Assembly: GCA_013265495.1 (NCBI GenBank)
Contig: MU058384.1
Span: forward strand, 1,923,690 to 1,987,689
Direction: 5' to 3'
Length of the DNA: 64,000 bases
DNA from: Vicugna vicugna
Taxonomy: Eukaryota
Positions 1-12,400 of the stretch are shown piece by piece; positions within the stretch are counted from its first letter, which is position 1, and each line of letters opens with the position of its first letter. Under the pieces are notes generated by a model that saw nothing but the letters and a program-made list of their open reading frames with translations, was not told the origin of the DNA and searched no databases. The position numbers were made by a program, and so were the translations under genes.

Positions 1-219
1 CAGTACAGACCTCATCTAAACCCAGAACTGTCTGGCTCCACCACCCACACTCACCACCGACTAGACTGCCTTCCTTGCTAAGGAAACTAAGGAGGAAACG
101 CGCCTGCGCACACAGAGAACAAGACCAGAAACTTTCTCCACTTAGACATCGGATACTAATCAACATTTTGCACACTAACATTCGGTCACAATTGTCCTTG
201 CATCTAAGACAGTGATTTT

Positions 220-400
220 ATCACATTCACAAGAATTTCATGAGAATTGTCAAATCTCATTGAAGCAGATATTCACAATGTCTGTAAACACTGCCCTGAA
301 CTACCTGTCTAGCAACCTTTTCATAAGTTTGACAAGATCAGTCTACCCTGATTTGTTCTTGAACCCACCCTGACTCTTGGAAATATTTAATACTCATTCC
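220..400 (-). mobile_element. CR1/L3 RT remnant
   Basis: gtcaaatctcattgaag...atgtctgtaaacactgccctgaactacctgtctagcaacc...gatttgttcttgaaccca resembles antisense L3. Confidence 0.5.
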
Positions 401-949
401 TTGCTTAGTAATTCACTTGGTCAAGGGCACATTCTCAAGTCCATCAAGAATAATGTAAAAACTAAGACATTCATGAAAACTTTGTTTCAGCAAGCTGTCT
501 AGCTTGTCAGACTGAGTAGGGAGATGCATTAAAGTTTAGAGCAAAGAACAGTTTGGAATAAAAAGCATGACTTTGAGTAAGAAGACGAGAAGAAGTATAC
601 ATATGTCTAACAAGACCTTAAGTAAGTTTTTTTGCCTGTTGCCTCAATTTCAGCCAAAGTCCCAAGATGGAGTATAAATAAGGGGTAAAGCACCCCCATG
701 TCCTAAAGAGTGAAGACGGACTATCCTTGCAGAACTTTCTTAGGAGGTGGCCTCAAACCACCATCAGTAATCTGTCAACTACCTGTCGCCTCTGTTTGAG
801 AAAATTAGAGAAATAAAGAAAGGAAGATTGGTGGGTGAGGATGTCTTTGTAGAGAGTTGTCAGTTGTAGAAGAGTTGTCTCTTCTCTATGAGAGAGGAGC
901 AGGAGACTTGAGAGAGGAGCAGGAGACTTGAGAGATGAGTAGAGAATGA

Positions 950-1250
950 CCACAGAGCATCCAGAGAGGAGGACAGAAAGTCAGGAAAGTGCATTGTCAT
1001 GGAAACCAGGGGAATAAAGTGTTTCAGAAAAAAAGGGAGTGGGCAGCTTCCCTAAGTGCTGCCCAGAGGTTAAGCTGAGGAATAAAAGCATTTATTGTAT
1101 TTAGCAATAAAGGTGCATTGGCTTCCCTGATTAGAGCAATTTCCCCTGAGTGGTTAAGGGTGGAAGGGAGATTGCAAGACGGTGAAGTGCTACGGACAGA
1201 AAATCTAGACAGTTCACTGAATTAGGCTTCAAAGGGAGAGAGGAAGACTG
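950..1250 (-). mobile_element. L2 fragment
   Basis: gtcatggaaaccagggga...gtttcag...gggagtgg...gctgcccagaggttaag...gagcaatttccc. Confidence 0.65.
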
Positions 1251-2742
1251 GGAACCGAAGGTAAATATAAATTCCAAGGAAGAACATTAAAGATTTTGAA
1301 CTTAACAGTATAAAACACTCAAGGAATATCAACCTGCACTTTTATATGTACTACATGAAGATGATACTCTGGAGTGGTTTTGAAGCTGTATGTATATACA
1401 CATAACATTTTTTTAATAATCTTTAAAACAAAGATCAAAGTTCATTTGTTCAAATCCCACTGCATTAACCAAAATAAAAATAGAAAAGGAACCAAATGAT
1501 CATTTAAAGTTTGAAATTCCTAATGTATTCCAATTTGTACAACTGTGGAAGACTTGATCAAGGTTTTGAAGAAGTCTAGGACCTTTTCCGTTAAACCAGA
1601 GGGAACACAATGTGCATCACAGAAATGGTCCTGGGTTAGCCCAATGAGATAAAAATGTCCAACCACGTACACATGGAAATGATCTTTGCTGGTTAGATTA
1701 CTGATAAAGACAGTTTTAGACAGGTTACTAAGCTGTGCTACGTAACTGGACACAACTGAGAAAATTTCAAAGGAAATTTTATGTACTGTCATTTCAATCG
1801 AACGAAAATAATGCAATTAAGAATTCGTATCACCATTGGGAGAGGAAGCAGTGGTTGTGGCACCACCATGGGAGGTGGTGACCACTGCCAGCTCCAAAGG
1901 GTAGCTTGCACTGAGGAGAAAGCATTTGATTTCAGCTCTGGGGACAGTCTGAGGCTGTTCCAGGTGGCTGTCCAGTGCTGTCTATCCCAAAGCATTTGAG
2001 TTAGCCAGTTTGAGAAGGGGGTCATGCTTTCTGTTTTAGGTAAAAAATCTGAACATTAGAGGGAAAAAAGGACAATTGTTTCATGAAAAAAGGAGTAGTT
2101 ACAGATACTGTGAAGTTTGGTAATTTGGTGGCAAGAAGTTGAAAGATTTTTTTACATTTGCTGACTTTAATTTCAACATGAAATAAAGGTGAAGTTGGCA
2201 CCTGTGAATGAGGATGGGGTGGGGGGTTAGGTGTAAGAGAATCCAGTGGAGGGTTGAAAAATAGAAATAAAACCCGCCATGAAGAATGGGGGAGGAAAAT
2301 TGATGAAAATAGCACAAGATTGCAGACCAGGAGGGTGAAATGTCCTCACATGCCTGGGTGGGGGTTCTCAAGCCCCTGCCCGGGCCACGTGAGGCATAGA
2401 CAAGGAGGGCAGGAGTTGGCGTTCACCAGCCAGTTTTCAAGGATAACAAGGATATTGGTGAGACAGGGACTGAAGCCCTCGGCTGTGCGCTCTAGGCTGG
2501 CCTGGAGTCCCCTTCACATAATAAATCCTTGTCAACGGAGAAAGAGAAAAAACTAGAAACCTGGTCATTATCCCTCTTCCCACCAAACCTACTCACCATG
2601 CCCTGACTTCACATCCTAACTCTCTCCATCTCTCCTCTTCTACTCTCACCACACGTGACCAGCACCCCTTACCTCCTAAGCATCACACATGTCCACCACC
2701 CATCATGGCAACCAGAAATCTTTTCTTAAATACCTAAACTTG

Positions 2743-3293
2743 CCTTTCAGCTGGAATCACCACCTTACAGTAATTTACCAAAATGACTAACGCAACGGGA
2801 AGAGCAGAGGCATGGCTGTATGTTCGCCGGGCCTTTCAGAAAACATGAAGTTGTTCCTTCTACCGCAGACGTGCAAACTTACAAGCAAGGTGATACTGCA
2901 GACATCAGGGAACCAGCACTGTTCAAACAGGAACACCCCATCTGCATTCCCAAGACAAAACCCAGGGGGTCTACAGAGTGCCCGGCGTGCTGCTGGCATT
3001 GCCGCCAACAAACAGTTAAGGGCAAGATTCTCGCCCAGAGAATTAACATACATGTTGAGCATATTCAGCACAAGAGCCAAGAGAGTTTCCTGACACGTGT
3101 GAAGGAAAATGACCAGACAAAGGAGGAAGCCAAAGAGGGTGGCACTTGGTCTGAACTGAAGCGCCAGCCTGCTCCCGGCAGAGCAGTGCTGTGGGGACCA
3201 GGGGAAAGGGGCCTGGGCCGCTGGGACGGGTCCCTGTGAATTCATGGCATGACAGGTGTAAAAACATAAAAGACTTCCGGACTAGGAAAAAAA
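2743..3293 (+). pseudogene. RPL21: RPL21 processed pseudogene
   Basis: 5'UTR cctttc...cagtaattt-ccaaa, ATG at 2783, segments PFRKHEVVP, VKGKILAQRINIHVEHI, VKENDQ..EAKE.GTW..LKRQPAP, and ...EFMA* ending at 3252. Has frameshifts, no introns, a 3'UTR remnant, a short A tail and a degraded TSD. Confidence 0.93.
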
Positions 3294-3847
3294 GGCCTCA
3301 CTTACCCTGGTTTTTCCTGCTCGGAATCCTTCAGGGTGGTGTTAGTCAGGACCTTAGCTAAACGCCCAGCTACATCAGCCACCCGCACCGGACACCGCTT
3401 TCTAGCTCTCTCACCTGGTGAGCCCTCTAACCCGGCCGGCCAGGTAGTAAACAACCCTCTCAAAGCGTGCGGCCCAGACCGTAGACTCCGAGACAGGATT
3501 GCACAGGTGAGGGCGATCTAGGGGAGATGCCGGTGAGGGAAGACAGAGGCGGAGGGCGGGGAGGCTGGGAGAGCACCACGCCCTCCGACCCCAGGGGCGG
3601 ACGGAGGGGAGGACGCCGGGCAGAAGCGCCGGGACCGCTGTGCCGTCTTCCGGAAAGCCTGGCATCTGCGGGCAGCCCCCAGCTACAGACAGCCTTCCAG
3701 CCTACGATGTCTGGGAGCAACCTGCACAAGCTCGGCCGCGGAGCAGACACAGTGACGGGTTTCAACACAGGGCAGCTGGACCCCTGGAGGATTTCCCTCC
3801 CTGTTGCTGCAAGTCCGGGAGGCGCATTCTCACGACCACCATAAACG

Positions 3848-4345
3848 GCTTCCCATGACCCTTTGGCTAAAGTCTCAAGTCCTTACCGAAGCTCCACTGA
3901 TCCTACAAACTCTGCCCTTCAGCCTCCACTCCAGCCCCACCTTACCTTGTTTTGGCCTCTCCAGCTCCAACAGGCTGCTTCCAATTCTAGGAGCACACCC
4001 CATCACTTGTCCCATCAAGGCCTTTACATATCTGTGTGCCCCACCAGGAACGCCTGCCCTGATCCAGTCTGCACCCTTGTCTAGCTAGTATTTTCACTCA
4101 GCCTTTCCTCATGTCTTTGCTTAAATGCCATCTCCCCACCTCCCCTGTGGACGTCCCTCAGACTGGGTTGTATCCCCTGTTCTGTGTTCCTGGAGGGGTC
4201 ATTCCTCTCCCATGTGGATGTGTCAGACAAGGAAGCATCTGTCCAGCATCTGACTTTGCTGCTTCAAGACAGCAGGGCCCATCTGTCTTGCTAACACAGG
4301 GAGATGCTCAAGAGATGCTCAAGAAGCCATCCTGACTGACTAATC
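3848..4345 (+). mobile_element. L2 3' fragment, continuing the L2 at ~2560-2742 and 3294-3339
   Basis: ggcttcccatgaccctttggctaaagtctcaagtccttacc...aaggcctttacatatctgt...aaatgccatctcc. Confidence 0.6.
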
Positions 4346-4575
4346 AGAGGAGATCAAGCAGAAGGAGGCTGCCAGCAAGACGTCAGGGCAACTGTGGGCC
4401 TCGAGTGGTAGTTAAGGTCGAGCTTTCGGAGAAAAAATTTAGTGGGTGAACTAAGACAAGAGGATTAGAACAGAAAGTCAAACAAAATCGTTTATTTTAC
4501 AAAGAAAAATCAAGGAATAGATCATACTAACAGTAGGATCATTTTGTTAAACAGACTGAATCTAGGATCTAAATA

Positions 4576-5034
4576 GGGTCCTCCCTCAGTATCTGCAGGA
4601 GGCTGGTTCCAGGACCCCCACAGATACCGAAATCTACAGATGCCCAAGTCCCTTATATAAAATGACATAATATTTGCCTATAACCTATGCACATCCTCCT
4701 GTGTGCTTTAAACCATCTCCAGCTTACTTATGATACCAAACACAATGCACAGCTGACCCTTGACCAATATGAGTTTGAACTGCCTGGATCCACTTATACA
4801 CAGATTTTCCCCCTAAATATGTACCACAGCACTGCCTGATTCACAGTAAAGTTAGGCAGGGACCTTTGACTGTGGAAGGGTGTCAAGTCCTTTACCCCTA
4901 CGTTGTTCAAGTGTCAACTGTCCAGGCAAATTCAAGTTTTGCTTTGGGGAAATTTTCCTGGATTTTTTTCCTGAATATTTTTGATCTGTGGTTGGCTGAA
5001 TCCATAGATGTGGGTACAGAGGGACAACTTTGTA
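4576..5034. mobile_element. MER2-like TcMar-Tigger element, interrupted
   Basis: gtcctccctcagtatctgcaggaggctggttccaggaccc... and a matching inverted end ...gatgtgggtacagagggac; TA flanks. Confidence 0.8.
4750..4920. mobile_element. MER8/Tigger2-like MITE nested in MER2
   Basis: Terminal inverted repeats cagctgacccttgaccaa ... ttgttcaagtgtcaactg. Confidence 0.8.
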
Positions 5035-5059
5035 GATATTTCTCAAACAACATGTCGGC

Positions 5060-5995
5060 TGTATCCGTCAGGATTAAATTTAGCTGCATATAGCAGGAAA
5101 TAAATATCAAACTCCGTCAGGCGGGATCCCAGCGTGAAACAGATGGTACATTCAAAAGGGTTTAACTGGAACACACTTTAAGGGAGGCACTATCACAGAG
5201 GTGTGGACAGGGTTAAGGAAACCTGCAAGGGGAGGTGGAGCCCCCTGGGGTTAGCAACAGAGGGAAGCCATTACCACCCCCAGGGTGAAGGGACAGTTGG
5301 AGAGATGGTATCACTGGAGCTGGTCAGCAAGAGTGGCCACAGAGGAGGCCACTGAACAGGAGTTGTGGCCACAGAGGAACCACCTCTGCCAGAACCAAGA
5401 TGACGCAAGCAGGGAGGGAACAGAAAGAACCATCCTACTCTTCTCCCACACTGACCTCCTGCCCAGTGCCTCGCCTGGCCAACCCCAACCGGAAGCCAGA
5501 GGGCAAGGGAGCCTCTCAGGGCACAGATCATGGACCAGACAGTGGGGGACGGATCTGGGGGAGAGGCTGCAAAAGGGAAATAACACACAACGGCTTATTT
5601 AACTCACATTATAGCAAGTTCTGACGTGGGTGACCCAGGACTGAGATCCCAGCTCCACGGTCCTCAGGAACCCAGCCTCCTTCTATTTTTCTGATCTACC
5701 ATCCTTAACACTTGGCTTCCTTCCTTCCAGCCACACCATGGCCCATGATGGCTTCTGGAGCTCCTGACATTCCATTCTTACTCCAGGGAGGAAGAAGGAC
5801 AAACAGGAGAAAGACAAAAGGGCAACTTCCAACTGAGTAGGCCCCTCTGAGGATTCCCCAGGAGCCCCACCAGGACTTCCGCATAAATCTCATCAGCCGC
5901 CCAAAGCTACAAGGGAGGCTGGAGAACGTATCTTGTATCTGGGTTGGACACATCGCTTCCCAGAATGAAATCATGGGTTTTTAGTAAAGAAAGGC
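5060..5995 (-). mobile_element. Old MaLR LTR (MLT1K/L-like) interrupted by an ERVL LTR33-like element (~5115-5588)
   Basis: tgtatccgtcaggatt...; inner tggccaaccccaaccggaagccagagggcaagggagcc motif; outer agctacaagggaggctggagaa motif. Confidence 0.55.
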
Positions 5996-6637
5996 CCTCC
6001 CGACACAATGGCCGAGGAAACCTTGCCAGAGAGGGACTTATGGGAGAGGGACGCGTTTTCCTACCTCAAATACTGACTTGTAACCTGACACCTGTTCAGT
6101 TTCCAGAGGTTCCTGTGGCTCAGAACCTTCCTAAGCTTCACAGACCATTTGCTTTACATCTTCTTAGTCACATAATTCTCAAGGAATGCTTGTCAGTTAA
6201 TGATTAATTGATTTCCTTAGTTGATTGTAATGAACCATCCTTCCAACTGATGAAAGATGAAAACTCTTCCTTCATTCGCTCAACAGATACTCACTGAGCG
6301 CTTGCCTTGTACCAGCTACTGTTTCAGAAGCTGAGATACAGTCGTAAACAAAACAGACAAAGATCTCTCTTCATGGAGCTTAACTTTAGTGGGGAAAACA
6401 GACACTAAATGAAAACAGGTACATAAATACAACATATAGTATGTCTGTTGTAAGTGCCTTAAAGGAAAATAAAGCTAGAAAGGGGAAAGAAAGTGTTAGG
6501 TACAAGCTGCAATTTTCAAGTCAGAAGAGACCTAACTAAGAAGAAGACACGTGTAAAATCCCACAGGAGGGCACGGTCTGCAGGTTCCCCAGGGGAAAGA
6601 GAACAGGAACAGGTAGAAGAGGAAGTCCCCTGAGGGG

Positions 6638-7010
6638 TGTGGGAGGCAGAAGTAACAACCCCCCACCCACCCCACCCCCACACACAGAGATGTCTATGTC
6701 CTAATCCCCTGAGCCTGTGAATATGTTATATGGTAAAGGGGAATTAGGGTATAGATGGAATCAAGGCTGCTAATCAGCTGACACTAAAGTAGGGAAATTA
6801 TTCTGAATTGTTGAGTGGGCCCAATATACTCACAAAGGTCCTTAAAAGGAAGAGGGAGGTAGAAAATGATGTCAGAGTGATGCCGTGTCAGAAGGACTCA
6901 ACTCGCCATTGCTGACTTTGAAAACGGAGGAAGGGGAGAACGGAGGAAGGGGGCCCTGAGCTAAGGAATGAGGATGGTCCCTAGTTGCTGGAAGGGCAAG
7001 GAAACTGATC
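6638..7010 (+). mobile_element. MLT1D-like MaLR LTR
   Basis: gatgtctatgtcctaatccc...gatggaatcaaggctgctaatcagctgac...gccattgctgactttgaa...gctggaagggcaaggaaac. Confidence 0.8.
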
Positions 7011-7404
7011 TGACTTTTATTCTAAGAGAAAAGGGGAAACATTATACAGTTTCAAGCAGGGCTGTTGTGCTGCAAATGCACTGAGAGGGCAAGGCAGAAG
7101 CAGTGAGAGGGACTGGAAGGCTGTTTCAGGGAGCTGAGCAGAGACGGTGACGTGTACCAAGCAGCAGCACTGGGCTCTGCGACATGTTTGGATTCTAAAC
7201 ATATTTTGATGGCTGAGTTGACAGGACTTTCTCAAACACTGGATATAAAATATGAAAGAGAAGAGTCCAGCATGATCCCAAGGATTCGGGTCTAAGCAAC
7301 TGCAGTTACCAATAACCATAATGATGCAGAATGGAGCAGATTTGGAGGGAAAGATCAGGAACTCAGTGTTGGACATGTGGAGCCTGAAATGCCTAAGAGA
7401 CAGT

Positions 7405-7811
7405 CTGCTAGACTGTATTGTTCAGCATCATTCCCTCCCTTTCAGTCAGTGGTGTGTACTTCCCTGTTTTGACTTTGGTCTTGGGCGCAGATCTTGGTCT
7501 TTGGTCAAGAGTATGAGAGCAGATGGGATAAATGCCATCTTTAAAGACATCAAAAATCTTCACCTGCCCTTTTGTTCCTGCTCTCTGCTACAAGAGAATA
7601 ACCCAGACCAGACAGAGGTGGTACATTCAGCCTGGGGCCCTAGAATGAGAAGAAAGGCAGAGAAGTTCAATCTATGGGAAAAGGGGGACATCTGAACCCA
7701 ACCTGTAGCCTGAAGCTGAGATGAGGCTGAACTGCAAATCCATGAGCAGGAAATAATATTTGGCAGTGTAAGCCACTGAAATGTGGGGGTCATTTGTTTT
7801 TGAACTAATAC
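7405..7811 (+). mobile_element. Old MLT1-like LTR
   Basis: Ends with aagccactgaaatgtggggg...aactaataca, typical of an MLT1 3' end. Confidence 0.55.
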
Positions 7812-9215
7812 AGCCTAGAGTTTAAGAAAGAAGTCAGGGCTAGATATGTAAATGTAGGTGTTCACACTACATGATTAACATTTAATGTGAGGACACAGGA
7901 TGAGACCACCAAGACAATGAGTGAAGACTGAGCACTGGCCACTCCATGTTTAAGAGACTGGGCAGAAGAAGTAGAGACAGTTAGGGAGGGATTGAGAAGG
8001 AGCTAGCCAGCAAGGTAGGAAGAAAAAATGGTACCTGTGGCGTGGTGTCCTGGGAGAGGGAGTGATCACTGGATTGAATGCTCATAATTTAAGAACAATA
8101 GTTTTAATGGAGTCATTACATGAAAACATCACTCTTGGTTATCACACCTATTCATTCATTCATTCATTCATTCAGTAACTACTTTGAGCATCTATTCTGT
8201 GAAAAAGCACTATTCTAGACGTGTGGTATATGCAATAGACATATGCCCCCTCCAGAAAAAAATGCCCTAAGGGGCTTAGATTTTAGTAGAGAGAGACACA
8301 CAATAAACAGTAAGAATAATAAATGAGACAGAAGGTGATGACTGCTATTAAAAAATAGTGTAGGAAAAAGGAAATCATGGATCCCAGAAGGGTTGCAATT
8401 TAAATAGGTTGGTCAGGGTAGGCTGCATAAAGAAGGTGACATTTGATTAAAAGCTTTAAAAAGCTGACTTTCTGATCTAAGACTGTACTTCAGGATTTTA
8501 TTTCCCTCAATGCCCTTAGTTTACAGCCCTCAGCTGACATTAAACAATCAAGTATGTCTACAAAGCCTGTGACTTTAGAGGATTCCACGAATGTTAATTA
8601 CTTGGATAAATAATAACCCAGGAGTAAAAACCAAGACTCAGTCTCTACTTATTTCACTGTTACTCTTGGAATAATTTAATTAGTACTGTGCTCTATCAGA
8701 ACCACTCAACAAAGAAAAATCATCTGGGGTTAAGTCTGATGAAGGTTCACAAGGCATTAACAACTCAAAAAAAGCCATTAATATTAGATTATTAAAAACT
8801 GAATTAAGTATACATTTAGCTACTCATAGAGGACGCTAAATTAAGCAAAGCTGCTAAGAACGCCAGCAGTAGGAAGTTACTATCACATGACACAGACCTG
8901 AAACTAACCTTGGTATTTCACAAGAGGCAGGCGAAGGCCTAATGCTCGACTCCGCTCCATCTTGGGAACACGGCCCTGTGATTGCTCACTTTAGACTGTT
9001 GCTATCTGAACCACACACACTCCACGAGGCTCCTGAGTACACTTTCCTCCCAAGGGAACCAAAAAGGCATAGTAAAAAACAAAATTATTTCATTCATTGT
9101 TTCCAATTTTAAATTCTTTCTTGAAATAATATGACACAGTGCTGGGGCCGATCATCAGGAACCCATTCATTAAGGTTTTCACGGTGGAGAGGAAAGAGTT
9201 GTGATGAAAAAGTCT

Positions 9216-9432
9216 AGTCCAAAATGGTCCAATAGAACTTTCTCCAAGGAGGCAAATGTTTTACAGTTGGCCCTGCCCAGTATGATAGCCACCAGCCACC
9301 AGCCACCATGGCTACTGAGAACTTAAAATATGGTGAGTGCCACTTAGGAAGTGGATTTTTAATTTAAATGTTTTAAAATGTAATTTGAATGGCCACATGT
9401 GGCTAGTGGCTACCGGACTGGATGGCACAGCT
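9216..9432. mobile_element. MER3-like hAT-Charlie MITE
   Basis: gtccaatagaactttct...gccacatgtggctagtggctaccggactggatggcacag. Confidence 0.8.
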
Positions 9433-12400
9433 GTGAAGGCCTCGATTCTAAGCAACCCTTGTATCTATCTGTTTCCCTTTCTATACCGTAAGCAAATTGA
9501 GAAAAAGGATTTTTAAGGTGCCTTCTACTTCTGACATTCTCTAATTCTAATTTTTTTTCCATCTTAACTACATAAGTTGTCATAGATACGATCACCTTTA
9601 TTCTAAACCTGTGAGAGATGAAGCAATTTTTACCTACAGCCCAGAATAGAAGTCAGTCCTCATGACCTAGGTATTGATTCTTTTAAGATTTTGATATTTG
9701 ATTTTCTGAAAGGAATCCCAAAGGAGCAGGTATCAAAAACACAAAACCAGGATATGGCATACCAGGTGAAAAGAAAAACTCTGAGTTTTCCCACAACTAG
9801 CTCATGTGTGTGTCTGGTATGCAGAGCTGTCAGAGTATTCAATTGTTCATTTAGCTAGTGGGCAAGGCTCTGTACCGGGCGTTGTGAATACAAGATGTTG
9901 AAAGCACTGGCCCTGCCCTCGAGGACAGCACACTCAGAGCGGCATCTACATGGAATCCCATCACGTGGCTTCCAGTTTAGCATCTTCTCTGTGCCCCGCA
10001 TCTGAGCAGCTTCATGATGAGAGCATCCTGGCTGAATGCTGACACTGCGATCCTAAGAAGCTGTTTTCCTCTGGCTCCGCCCTCCTCGCTCCCACACCCC
10101 CTGATGGCCGCAGAGGCAGTCTTGTTTTTGAAGAGCTGAAAGCTTACTTCCTTGGCCCATATTAGACATCAGACCTGGAAGTGTATACTTTCAAAATGAG
10201 CACATCTCCACAAGCAGACCATTTACTTCAAGACCTTTCTGATTTTCTTTCTTTCGGGTTTAATTATAAATTTTGAAATCCTTACACTCATAGTTAGTAT
10301 CCTATTAATTAAAATTATATATAAGTCAAGAAAACTAAAAGTGCCAATGTACTTGCTCCAATCTCAAAATAGGCAGTTCTAAAAGAAAAAACTTCAACTT
10401 GACTATCTTAAACATTATTCTTCTTAGATAAGATCATCTCTTTTGAATTTTAAAACTTAGCGAATTTTGAATACATTTGCTTCCATAGCTTAGATGATTC
10501 ACTAGAGATGTTTTCTTAAAACTTTCAACTAATGCAAATCCAAATATGCACATCAGCTTTAAGAAAAACCATAAACTTCAAGCAACAGAAACAGAATATG
10601 CCTGTCACCTCTTTTGCAATGTTTTTACCCCGAAAGCTATAATAAAACATTCGTACTTCTTATACTAAGCATCCTTAGTGTAATGTTAAAATCCCAGTTT
10701 CAAAAGAATAAGAACTATAGCCCATATCTCGCCTACATAGACACCAGATTAAAGACATCTGGAAAATTACTGAGATTGCAACACAATTCTTCAAAAAGCT
10801 CTTGCTTCCCTGCACAAAAGTGCTACATATGCTTTAATAAATCTGGCAAAAATGTAAATGAGACGTGCCAGGAGGGAAACTTCTTTTTCGGAATTTTTTC
10901 AATCTAATAAAATTCTTCTTAATCTAAAAATGCAAACCTTATAAGTCAAATGCTTTGTTACAATTTCAATTCGTTACTTTAAAAAGGATCTCCATTTACA
11001 ATTTTATTCCAGTATTAGGGTAGAAGATCGCAGATAAACACTGTAATCCTCAGCAAGAAGTACTGTAAGGGTACATACCTCAGGGAGTCTTGTCACCTCT
11101 CACAGAATGCCACCACTTCAAAAGTAGAATTCAGCAGAGTTTTTAAAAGATGTTCATAGCTATTGAAAGTGATCAGTCTTCTGAACAAATAATCATGACT
11201 CCTTTTGGCACCTATCCCCGCACATAGTATGTGCTCAGTAAATGCTGGACTAGCATTTAGCATGTGAAGCATGACGTGTGGAAGACTAATTTTAGTCAGG
11301 CAGTCACAGCTGTTTAACACCAAAAATCAAAGGCATCTGGGATAGACTTTTTTTTAAGTAGAAGCAAATATAGTCATTACTGACATGCTCACTTTAATAA
11401 CCCCTCATGTCTATTTCTCATTGAAGAGTTTATAAATTCATTAAGCTATTAGTTCATTAAACCTCACTCCAAGCATATTAGAAAGTTGGTGTTTGTGTTC
11501 TCTTGCTTTAACAGAAAGCATGATCCGAAACATTAAGTGCTGAGCCTGAATTTGGAGGGGACACAATTTAAGCCCAGGCTCCCTGCCTCCGAGACCAGGG
11601 CACTGGCCCTGGGTGGCTGAGCAAGTGCAGATGCCTGGGAGGAGTTAACGACCTTGCGGCAGGTCAGCAGGTGCATCTGACAACCTTGATCCCTCAAGGC
11701 TGGATCAGACCAGTAAAAGAAAACACCCACATGGAAGCACATGGACCTGGCCAGCACAGAGTGACTGTAATCTGTTTTCATCAGAGTCCACATGTTATCA
11801 TTTGCAAGTGGCCTTCACTGCACGAGGTCAGGCGTGTGGATCCCGCCTCCATGGGCTCCTTCAGATGAAAAGCACAGCCGCTGTAACACAACTGTTGAGC
11901 CACTGTTTGTTTTCACCAGGAAGGGGAAGAAATGGATCACTTTCCAGCCTAAGAAGAAGCAGGTTTCTGAGCATACGTCTCAGTTTAAAGCTAAACCCAA
12001 CTGGGAAAAATCCAGTATTTTGAATTTCACAAAATTTCTAACCCTCCTCACCAAATCAGATTTCATCTCGTTACTAGTCCAACAACCTTCTCAGCCCTTC
12101 TTACCTCACTGCCTGAGGCCTGGTTTTACCTCGCTTCCTACACCCCCTGATTTCCGCTGTGCGGAGGAACACCAAAACTTCAGAAGCAGAATTCAGCAAA
12201 TGTCTTTTAAAGATGTTCACAGCTATTGAAGATGGTCAGCCTCTGACAAAGTACGGCTGCCCTCCGAAGCAGCTCCTTTATGAGCCTGACATACGGCCTG
12301 CAGTTCCTCCCCTAGTATTAGAGACTCTCCAGCTTGTCAGGAGCCCCTGCGGAAGAAGCCTCCTGGGAAGCGGCCTTAGCATTGCCAGCTCGCCAGGGAG

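Larger units (their letters stand above)
6270..8450 (-). mobile_element. L2 fragments interrupted by LTRs
   Basis: cattcgctcaacagatactcactgagc, ttggacatgtggagcctgaaatgcct, and a (ttca)n tail at 8150-8174 followed by tactttgagcatctattctgtg. Confidence 0.7.

Noticed and set aside
2787..3267. ORFs over the RPL21 copy as functional genes
   Set aside because: Frameshifted, intronless retrocopy; the ORFs are chimeras of different frames or antisense.
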